DNA of 64,000 bases from assembly GCF_964355755.1 (NCBI RefSeq), contig NC_092680.1:17989045-18053044 (forward strand), written 5' to 3'. This DNA comes from Antedon mediterranea. Taxonomy: Eukaryota > Animalia > Echinodermata. Both the position numbers and the translations under genes were made by a program. Position 1 is the stretch's first letter. Each line of letters begins with the position of its first letter. The notes beneath the pieces were generated by a model, which did no database searches, was not told where the DNA came from, and saw nothing but the letters and a program-made list of their open reading frames with translations. This document shows, piece by piece, positions 31,511 through 43,267 of this stretch.

Positions 31511-32207
31511 ACGGTGGGTTAAAGGATATAGATTAAATTGCACTTTTTGGTTGAAAATAAAGGGAACATTGAAAACGAAAGAACACGTCTACAACAACCC
31601 ACTCCATGACGTCGTATCTAAGACGTTAATTATTATAATTGTTCGTACAAAATGAGGAATCCAATACTATACTATAAAACATTGTATCTATGCATAGAAA
31701 TGGAAATATTAATTTAATTCAATTCAATATTATTTCTTATGAAATTTCAATGAAAAACTTCTTTGAGTAATAATGACAATAACTATGGGGTCCAAGCACA
31801 AACAGAATGTCTTTGTGTGGAATATGCAAATAAACCAGTAATATCGTAAATAAATAAAAAATAAATCAACAACGAAACGTAACTATGTACAACATGTTAT
31901 GCGCAGTATGATTGCTTTATTGACATGTATGCGTCGATGATTAATTAACAAAGAAAATATGTTGCTGAACAACCTGTTTTTTATTCCATCCAAATCGGAC
32001 CACGAAAAGTACATGAATTATTTAAATTGTTCCAGAAACTTTCTACACCCTGAAAGTTACGTTTAAAGACTATTAAATACTGAATGTGTTTGATCACGCA
32101 TGTCTTTGCTGTGTGTGCGCACCACAATGTAATAAGTATCTGTTTTTATTTATGCGAGTTGTGCAATACCTTTCATCCAATCATTAATTTCTTTCATTCA
32201 ATTTTTT

Positions 32208-33046
32208 TTACATTCGCCAGAAATATAATTATGTGTTTGTCTGAGAAATTAATTTATTTGTGTGTTTGTCTGTTAGCAGGATAACAGCAACTGAAGACTA
32301 AAACCAAATTTAACCCACATATAGATATGTGGTGACGGACAATTCCATAAATGTTGGAGGCAATTCGGACTATTCCGGATTCTGGACAACTTGAATTTTA
32401 GTCCTTCGGCCGTACGTCAAAACTAAAAAAATGATTTTTACCAAATTTAAACCACAGATAGATATGTGATCACGGACGATCCATTAAATGTTGGAGGCAA
32501 TTCGGACTATTCCGGATTCTGGACAACTTGTATTTTAGTCCTTAGGCCGTACGTCAAAACTAAAAAACTGATTTTTACCTAATTTAAACCACAGATAGAT
32601 ATGTGGTGACGGACAATTCCATAAATGTTAGAGGCAATTCGGACTATTCCGGATTCTGGACAACTTGTATTTAATCCTTAGCCCGTACGTCTAAACTAAA
32701 AAACTGATTTTTACCAAATTTAAACCACAGATAGATATGTAGATATTTGGTCACGGACGATCCATTAAATGTTGGAGGCAATCCGGACCAGGATTCCAAT
32801 TCTGGACAATTTGTATTTAGTACTTAGGCCGTACGTCAAAACTAAACGATTTTTACCACATTTAAAAAACAGATAGAATAACGGAATATTCCATTTAATT
32901 TTGGAGGCAATCCGCGCCAGGATCTTAATTCTGGAACACTTTATTATTTCACTAATTTTAGGCCATAACGTCAAAACTACAATACGGATTTAATAATGAT
33001 TCTTGATCCATTTTCTATTTTACTCCTGGCGGAGTTTGCTCTTGTT
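32208..33046 (+). mobile_element. HINE/DINE-1-like element with five 137-bp central repeats
   Basis: Same ends as 23953-24656, with one extra repeat unit. Confidence 0.65.
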
Positions 33047-33514
33047 TGAATATTATTTGTTCATTGTTCTGGAATATCTCTTTAAACATTACCGGTTCTA
33101 CTCTATAGACAACTTAACTACAAAACAGACTAAACAAGTTCTTATTTATTTTATTTTCCTGAATGCATGAGCACTAATTTTCAAGATTATATTTTATAAC
33201 CCACTAATAAAAATTTAGGCTAATTAAAAAAAAAAAATTATATTTAACTGTAAATCACAACCATTTGTATACATCTGTCTGTTTTTACTGTTCACCTTTA
33301 TGACGACATTTATAATTATTAAAAGATTCAAAGTTCAAAGTCATAATGAATTACTATAATTTGATTACACTAAGAGGAGTGAAACAAATATCAAAGCTTG
33401 TGATAATAGTTCTATTGCATTATTAAATAACAATAAAGCAAAATCATTTTCACTGCTGTTTCCCATCGAGAGGCAGCCCATAAAGCTGAAAGAGAAAAGC
33501 AGAACAACACGATT

Positions 33515-34105
33515 TTAGATTCTACTAATCCTTTCTGCTTTGATTGAGTGCTGTATGTTCACTTTTCCCATCTCAATTTGGCACCCTGCATCATCTACAT
33601 AAAACCCATTACAGAAATATTCTCTTCTACAACGTATAGCACATCTCAAATAAAGGGCCATGTTCTGTACGCCTACTTTCTCTTCACCAACAATGTAAAA
33701 TCCCGAAATAGCTGTAATACAAGAAGATTAACAGTAATAATTTTTGACGTTTTTTGGACGTTCGACTGTTGATCGTGAGATCGATGTTCGAATCCAACTC
33801 TCGCTGCATTGCTTGTATCCTTAGGCAAGATACTTTACTTACGTTCGCCTCTCTCCACCCAGGTGTATACATGGGAACCCGGATAGGTCAAGACACAACT
33901 TTACGCTGATTAATAGCTGCATTATGGGAGTGTGTTTCCATACGTTTGATCAGAAAAGAATGACTGGGGTAATAATGTTCAGCGCTTAGAGGTTTCACAA
34001 CATTAGGTGCTATATAAATCCAGGATATTATTATTATTATTGTTATTGTTATTATTATTGTTATTGTTGTTGTCGTCGTCGTCGTCGTCGTTATTGTTGT
34101 TATTG

Positions 34106-34147
<42 letters not shown>

Positions 34148-36533
34148 GTATTACTATTATTAAAATAGATTCAGTCAGTTCAGTCATCTATATGCTGATT
34201 GTAATTTGCAGCAAAGCAATACAAACTCATTTAACCCTATAAACTATTTAAAAAAAAATGATAAACACGATTTCACAAGGGTAAGACAAACGACAGTGAA
34301 AAATATGTATATATATATAATGACAATAACTGTGGGGTCCAAGCACAAATGTAATTTCTTTGTGTGGAATATGCAAATAAGCCAGTAATATCGTAAAATA
34401 AATCAACAACGAAACGTAACTATGTACAAAATGTTATGCGCAGTATGATTGCTCTAGTGACATGTATGCGTCGAGGATTAATTGACAAAGAAAATATGTT
34501 GCTTAACAATCTGTTTTTATTTTATCAAAATCGGATCACGAATTATTTAAATTGTTTCAGAAACTGCTCAAACTGAAAGTTACGTTTAAAGACTATTACA
34601 TAAATGAATGTGTTTAATCACGCATGTCTTTGCTGTGTTTATATCGGTTCTATAATATATTTTACTGTATATATATATAAACACAACAGGAACAGAATAA
34701 AGGGTCGGTATCCAACCGAGTTTGAACAATACAATGAAACCCCAAGTGGTCTAATGGTTAGGATATCTGCATATCAAGCAGAAGGTTCCGGGTTCGGGTC
34801 TCTGTTGAGGTGACTTTCTCATTCTCACAGATTTCCTCATCTTTATCGTTTCAAATTAATTAATAAATTTTATATTATAGAACCTAGCTGCAATTATGAG
34901 ATAATTTGGCTCAAGGTCACGAAACTAGAATTACGGTATATGAACTTTACCTCTTTCACATATAAAGTATGGTGAAAGCAGATCGTGCACGACCCGGCGA
35001 TCCCTCATTTTTCCTCTTAATCTAACTGCGGCCGAGTAGATGCTTCCAACATTTGGTGCTATTACTGAACCTTCCCATTCAACAACGTCTGTATCAAGAT
35101 GTTCTCCCGTTTCCCATAACCAATTGAAATCAACATATCTGTCCAAACCTGCTTCTCGGGATAGGCCAATGACAAATGTATCATCTGGATAGTGTGTACT
35201 CATGAAGTCGTTGACGGCTGCAGCCTCGTCCGCAGTCGTCAAACTAACCAGAAGTTCACCGTAAGATTCACAGAACTCTCTTGCATCTCTTCTTTTAACT
35301 ACATTATTCTGAACCGTGTCCACTACAGTATATCGTGAGCCGCCGTACATAAATTCAGAAACACCTTGAATTTTGTTGAAAAAAGAAAACACTATTTAAA
35401 TATAATTACACTTGTTTAGTTATTATACGATATGAAATGATATGACTTTTAGGAAACTCTCTTTTATTAGGTAATAAAATAGAATAAAATGATCACATAT
35501 TGTTTTTGTACTTTCGCTCAAATTTCAATATGTGCTTGCTAATTCAATTATCTTTCTCATGAGTGTTAGTCACTTTCATTTTGATGTCATGATGGGTGAT
35601 TACCCCCACCTGCCACCGGACTATACTATAAACATTTAAATTTAGAACAATTATGTAAAAAAATATTCAATTAGAAAATTACGATAAAATGTGTATTTTA
35701 AAATTAAATTTAAACGAGTTAATATTGGTACATTCTTTTAAAACAGAAGGTAATACATTATATAAAATACTAGCAGAATAAATAAAAGAGCGCCGGAAAC
35801 ATTCCAATTTTACTTTGTGTATCAGTAAGTCGCCCCTGGAAGCAGCCATAGTCCTCATAGAGCGTATCGGAACAGTGGGAAATCGTTGGGTGATGTATCG
35901 AGGGGCAATATTGTTCATAGCTTTTAAAGCTAGGCAGCCTAACTGGTAATGCACCCTCTGTGACACATTCATGATGTGCAGAGATGTTAGAAGAATGTGA
36001 GGGCTGGTGCCAGGCGGAGCTTGAAGAACTATTTTGAAGTTTTTGAATCTTGTTAATGTTTGTTTTACTTCCGGTGCCCCAGAGAAGAGCACCGTAGTCA
36101 ATGTGTGGTAAAATGAAGGTGTTGTAAAATAAATGTGCTGTACGTTTGTCAAGATATTTTCTAATTAAGTTTGTGGATTTTGAACGAAAGTATAGAGCTC
36201 AACTTACTGACATGGGTATGCCAGTTAAGTTGATTGTCAATATGCACACCTCAGTGTTTGTGGTTAGTTACTATTTTGATCGGTTGTGCAGCAATCGATA
36301 CGTCTATTTATGTGTTTAAGCCGCTGATGGACGCCAATTAACATCGCCTCATAAAGACCCATCGTGCTATCTCCGACGTAACCTCTATCATTGTGTCAAT
36401 AATCACAATGATTCTAAGACATCCCACAAGCTCACCACTGTGTAACGGCTCGGTCACACTGATATAAAAATAATATCTTACCTTTTCCATAAATATGAGT
36501 TAAAAGAATACAGAAGCATAGCCCTTGTAACAT
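33515..36533 (-). CDS. Secreted C-type lectin domain + PAN/Apple-like protein, gene 4
   Basis: Exons 36533-36482, 35364-34951, 33711-33515; near-identical to genes 2 and 3. Confidence 0.85.
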
Positions 36534-38754
36534 GTTGATACCGGAGTGCACAATCTAGTTAATTACACAATGTTCGCTACAGACAGAGCAACAGAAATAT
36601 TGTAAGCTCGTCAACCTATCTGATGCATTTATGTGACTTGTGCAATGTAATTGAGTTTTTTAAATTAAATATAAACTTCAGTGTTGATATTGTGTGAACC
36701 TATAATAATTCCTTGCAAGTCACCTATTGTAATTTGTTTCTTTAATTTGAATGAAGAATAGATGCATTGGTGACTGTTAAATGACTAATTATAACGTATT
36801 ATTGACAAGTAAACATGTCTTCAAGATATTAGAAAGAAGTAAAGAGTTTTGATGATTTTTATCGATTTAATTTTATACTCGTAATAACAAAGTGCCCAAA
36901 TTAAGCCGAAATAATTAACCCCTTCATTGAGGTATTCGGAAATAAAGACATACTTGATACTATAAAGAACAATTTATTGACGTGGACTCAAGAAATTGAG
37001 GAGAAATGGAAATTTAACCACGGGGATCAGGTGGTGATGGAACCGCAGTAATAAAGTCGATTGTATTTATACAGTAAAGAACCACAATAAATAAATAAAT
37101 AAATACAGTAAGATATTCGGCGATCGGAAACGCTAGCTCTTATTTAGTAACAAATTAAACTGTAGCATCATACAGTTTGCTGAATATTTAGGGATAATCA
37201 TCGGTTGCGTTGTTAACATTGCTGGAAACATTTGTGTGAACAAAACTGGACCGAATCTCTGTCATGAGTACTAATTTGTTGGGCCGTGATTTATGACGCC
37301 TAATGGATCTATCTACACTTTTAGTCGCGTGCAACGCGACTCTACAGCTCACTATGTCGGTATGCTTGGTCGGTCGGTAAACACTAACTTGTGTGTGGCC
37401 TTGTCTTGATATCAGTTTCATCTAGCTAAATGGCCAGGAATCAATGTGGTTATCACGGTGCGCAATCAAAAATTACGCGGTCTACGCACGATTTAACGAA
37501 ATCACGTTTGTAATTATATCTTCACAAGCATGAATCACAATTAAATTAAAATTTGGTACTCATAAATTTCAGGTCATATTTAATTATATGGCAATACAAT
37601 TACGTGCGTAGCGCAAATAACGCATGCGTACGCGCGCTTAAAATTGTCAAAATTGTCAAATTTGTTTTCGATGAAATTAGAGTACTTTTCAGGCAATTTC
37701 AAGCGTTGCAATGAGTGCGCAGATTTTTACACGCGCACTGCACGTTCAATATCTGTTTTACAACCTTTATTTAATAATATCATCATATTTGATTCACTTT
37801 TTAACTCGAAATTACGTTATACGAGCACGTCAAAAGTGACAGGCTACGCACGTGTAAGTTCTGTCTCCTTCAAAAAACCATTTCTAAGCCATCTCCAAGA
37901 ATCTCCATGTAGGAATTTCTCTTTTCAGTTTTTGGTTTTCTCCTCTTGTCACCTCTTCTGATAACAATCTATAAGGTTTACTTTTTCATCTAACACCTTC
38001 TCCTTTAAAGCAAATTTCAGCATCCACTGTAGTATTTTTACTCTACTCTACAGCTCACTATGTCGGTCGGTTGGTCGGATGGTTGGTCGGTCGGTTGGTC
38101 TGTCGGTAAACACTAACAAATTTGAGCACGCTACTGCAGCCATGTATATGGCTTTGTTCGAATAGTACGTACCTATCAGATACACTTGTCTTGTGTCGTA
38201 TAAATACTGTAATAGTTACTGAAGTTACTATTACAACCTCGTCAATGAAAATACAAATATGTATATGTTTATTCACTTATTTATGAAAACGCATACTATA
38301 AAGTTTCCTTTGTAAAATGATGTAATCAAGCTGTTTACAGGAGTAATTAAAAATCAAATTGTAGTTAGAGAAAAGAAACTACGAAGCATGTTTATGTTAT
38401 GTTATGTGCCGTTATGTTTTCAGCATTGGCAGCCATTGGAGTGGAGCTGTATTATGGAAATTACATACGATACGCCATGCGTTTTATAGAAGTCTTGCTT
38501 TTTATTTCATTTCAACAATTGCCTCCCACTACTATTCATAGATTCTGGACATGTAAATTTTGTTCTGATTGGTTGAAAAAAAAAACTGTCAAAATTATGA
38601 TTTGCATAACACTAAAAATCCAACATAGCGTGAACATTCAGATGATTTGGAATCCAACATTATCGTGAACGGCTGAATTGTATTTGCAGAAATGATATTT
38701 GCTATTTTGTAGTGCGCAATAACTTTTATAATATAGATGAAAAATAATTTGTTT

Positions 38755-39620
38755 GATAACAATTACTGATGTCAGTATTTCAAGTTATTTGAACACCAAC
38801 TGCTTTGATAAATTTCATGTTGTCAAATTTGCTGACGACACTGTTTTGCTGTCTCTCCTTCAAAATTCACAGGACGGTCATGGTTCCGCTTTAGATGGTT
38901 TTATCCAATTTTGTGGAAACTCCTACTTGGAACTCAATGTGACCAAAACCAAGGAGATGATTGTAGATTTTAGGAAGGAAAAAGGACGCAGCCCTTGGGT
39001 ATCCATCATAAATGACGAACCAGTCGATATTGTCCTCCATTCCTTTAAAACCCAGGTACTATATTTGAGGACAATCTTGGCTGGAAATTAAATACAGAGG
39101 CAATAGTAATGAAAGGACACCAGAGACTTTATCTGTTAATGAAGCTGAACCATTTCAATGTTGATAAAGTAATTCTTAAGTTTTTTTATAATTCCTTTAT
39201 TGAGAACGCTTACATTTTTTCCTTTATATTCTGGTTTTTTAGTCTTAGGGTCAAAGAGAGAAACTCACTACAAATAATTGTTAACTTAAGTTCTAAATTA
39301 ATAGGTTGTCAACTTCGTAGCTTATCTTCTTTCTGTGACATGCAAACTCTAGAAAAAAGTGGAGCTATTCTAAAAATTTAATTGTTAACCATGCCTCCTT
39401 GTTCAGTTATTTCGAGCTCATGCCTCATAGGCTTTCGATGCCCTGCATGTAGAACAAACAGGAAAAGAAATTTGTTTGTGCCAGTGGCCATCCGACTCCT
39501 AAATTCTTGAACTTTAGACTATTGTTATATTGTACTGTGTTTTGTGATATTTTGTATATTTTGTAAGATCATTTGAATCCAGACCTTTTTATATGAATTG
39601 CCTCGTGTGGGATGATTAAC
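38755..39620 (+). mobile_element. Rex1/Babar-like LINE fragment, duplicate with frameshift
   Basis: Same sequence with a 1-bp deletion in the A-run at ~39050 that splits the ORF. Confidence 0.85.
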
Positions 39621-40304
39621 GGTGGGTTAAAGGATATAGATTAAATTGCACTTTTTGGTTGAAAATAAAGGGAACATTGAAAACGAAAGAACACGTCTAC
39701 AACAACCCACTCCATGACGTCGTATCTAAGACATTAATTAATATAATTGTTCGTATAAAATGAGGAATCCAATACTATACTATAAAACATTGTATCTATG
39801 CATAGAAATGGAAATATTAATTTAATTCAATTCAATATTATTTTTTATGAAATTTCAATGAAAAACTTCTTTGAGTAATAATGACAATAACTGTGGGGTC
39901 CAAGCACAAACAGAATGTCTTTGTGTGGAATATGCAAATAAACCAGTAAATAAAAAATAAATCAACAACGGAACGTAACTATGTACAACATGTTATGCGC
40001 AGTATGATTGCTTTATTGACATTGTATGCGTCGATGATTAATTAACAAAGAAAATATGTTGCTGAACAACCTGTTTTTTATTCCATCCAAATCGGACCAC
40101 GAAAAGTACATGAATTATTTAAATTGTTCCAGAAACTTTCTACACCCTGAAAGTTACGTTTAAAGACTATTAAATACTGAATGTGTTTGATCACGCATGT
40201 CTTTGCTGTGTGTGCGCACCACAATGTAATAAGTATCTGTTTTTATTTATGCGAGTTGTGCAATACCTTTCATCCAATCATTAATTTCTTTCATTCAATT
40301 TTTT

Positions 40305-42794
40305 TTACATTCGCCAGAAATATAAGTATGTGTTTGTCTGAGAAATTGATTTATTTGTGTGTTTGTCTGTTAGCAGGATAACAGCAACTAAAGACTAAAA
40401 CCAAATTTAACCCACATATAGATATGTGGTGACGGACGATTCCATTAAATGTTGGAGGCAATTCGGACTATTCCGGATTCTGGACAACTTGAATTTTAGT
40501 CCTTCGGCCGTACGTCTAAACTAAAAAACTGATTTTTACCAAATTTAAACCACAGATAGATATGTGGTGACGGACGATTCCATACATGTTGGAGGCAATT
40601 CGGACTATTCCGGATTCTGGACAACTTGAATTTTAGTCCTTCGGCCGTACGTCTAAACTAAAAAACTGATTTTTACCAAATTTAAACCACAGATAGATAT
40701 GTGTTGACGGACGATTCCATACATGTTGGAGGCAATTCGGACTATTCCGGATTCTGGACAACTTGAATTTTAGTCCTTCGGCCGTACGTCTAAACTAAAA
40801 AACTGATTTTTACCAAATTTAAACCACAGATAGATATGTGGTGACGGACGATTCCATAAATGTTGGAGGCAATTCGAACTATTCCGGATTCTGGACAACT
40901 TGAATTTTAGTCCTTCGGCCGTACGTCTAAACTAAAAAACTGATTTTTACCAAATTTAAACCACAGATAGATATGTGGTGACGGACGATTCCATAAATGT
41001 TGGAGGCAATTCGGACTATTCCGGATTCTGGACAATTTGAATTTTAGTCCTTCGGCCGTACGTCTAAACTAAAAAACTGATTTTTACCAAATTTAAACCA
41101 CAGATAGATATGTGGTGACGGACGATTCCATAAATGTTGGAGGCAATTCGGACTATTCCGGATTCTGGACAACTTGTATTTTAGTCCTTAGGCCGTACGT
41201 CAAAACTAAAAAAATGATTTTTACCAAATTTAAACCACAGATAGATATGTGATTACGGACGATCCATTAAATGTTGGAGGCAATTCGGACTATTCCGGAT
41301 TCTGGACAACTTGTATTTTAGTCCTTAGGCCGTACGTCAAAACTAAAAAAAATGATTTTTACCAAATTTAAACCACAGATAGATATGTGATCACGGACGA
41401 TCCATTAAATGTTGGAGGCAATTCGGACTATTCCGGATTCTGGACAACTTGAATTTTAGTCCTTCGTGGGCCGTACGTCTAAACTAAAAAACTGATTTTT
41501 ATCAAATTTAAACCACAGATAGATATGTGGTGACGGACGATTCCATAAATGTTGGAGGCAATTCGGACTATTCCGGATTCTGGACAACTTGAATTTTAGT
41601 CCTTCGGCCGTACGTCTAAACTAAAAAACTGATTTTTACCAAATTTAAACCACAGATAGATATGTGGTGACGGACGATTCCATAAATGTTGGAGGCAATT
41701 CGGACTATTCCGGATTCTGGACAACTTGAATTTTAGTCCTTCGGCCGTACGTCTAAACTAAAAAACTGATTTTTACCAAATTTAAACCACAGATAGATAT
41801 GTGGTGACGGACGATTCCATAAATGTTGGAGGCAATTCGGACTATTCCGGATTCTGGACAACTTGAATTTTAGTCCTTCGGCCGTACGTCTAAACTAAAA
41901 AACTGATTTTTACCAAATTTAAACCACAGATAGATATGTGGTGACGGACGATTCCATAAATGTTGGAGGCAATTCGGACTATTCCGGATTCTGGACAACT
42001 TGTATTTTAGTCCTTAGGCCGTACATCAAAACTAAAAAAATGATTTTTACCAAATTTAAACCACAGATAGATATGTGATTACGGACGATCCATTAAATGT
42101 TGGAGGCAATTCGGACTATTCCGGATTCTGGACAACTTGTATTTTAGTCCTTAGGCCGTACGTCAAAACTAAAAAAATGATTTTTACCAAATTTAAACCA
42201 CAGATAGATATGTGATCACGGACGATCCATTAAATGTTGGAGGCAATTCGGACTATTCCGGATTCTGGACAACTTGTATTTTAGTCCTTAGGCCGTACGT
42301 CTAAACTAAAAAACTGATTTTTACCAAATTTAAACCACAGATAGATATTTGGTCACGGACGATCCATTAAATGTTGGAGGCAATTCGGACTATTCCGGAT
42401 TCTGGACAACTTGTATTTTAGTCCTTAGGCCGTACGTCTAAACTAAAAAACTGATTTTTACCAAATTTAAACCACAGATAGATATGTGGTCACGGACGAT
42501 CCATTAAATGTTGGAGGCAATCCGGACCAGGATTCCAATTCTGGACAATTTGTATTTAGTACTTAGGCCGTACGTCAAAACTAAACGATTTTTACCACAT
42601 TTAAAAAACAGATAGATATGTGTATGTAACGGAATATTCCATTAAATTTTGGAGGCAATCCGGGCCAGGATCTTAATTCTGGAACACTTTATTATTTCAC
42701 TAATTTTAGGCCATAACGTCAAAACTACAATACGGATTTAATAATGATTCTTGATCCATTTTCTATTTTACTCCTGGCGGAGTTTGCTCTTGTT
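40305..42794 (+). repeat. HINE/DINE-1-like element whose 137-bp repeat has expanded to ~17 units
   Basis: GTTGGAGGCAAT at 40451, 40588, 40725, 40862, 40999 ... 42510 (period 137), bounded by the same element ends. Confidence 0.9.
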
Positions 42795-43267
42795 TGAATA
42801 TTATTTGTTCATTGTTCTGGAATATCTCTTTAAACATTACCTGTTCTACTCTATAGACAACTTAACTACAAAACAGACTAAACAAGTTCTTATTTATTTT
42901 ATTTTCCTGAATGCATGAGCACTAATTTTCAAGATTATATTTTACAACCCACTAATAAAAATTTAGGCTAATCAAAAAAAAAATAAAAAATTATATTTAA
43001 CTGTAAATCACAACCATTTGTATACATCTGTCTGTTTTTACTGTTCACCTTTATGACAACATTTATAATTATTAAAAGATTCAAAGTTCAAAGTCATAAT
43101 GAATTACTATAATTTGATTACACTAAGAGGAGTGAAACAAATATCAAAGCTTTTGATAATAGTTCTATTGCATTATTAAATAACAATAAAGCAAAATCAT
43201 TTTCACTGCTGTTTCCCATCGAGAGGCAGCCCATAAAGCTGAAAGAGAAAAACAGAACAACACGATT

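Noticed and set aside
33888-34187. Ile/Thr-rich 99-aa ORF
   Set aside because: Translation of an (ATT/GTT/GTC)n microsatellite at a SINE tail.
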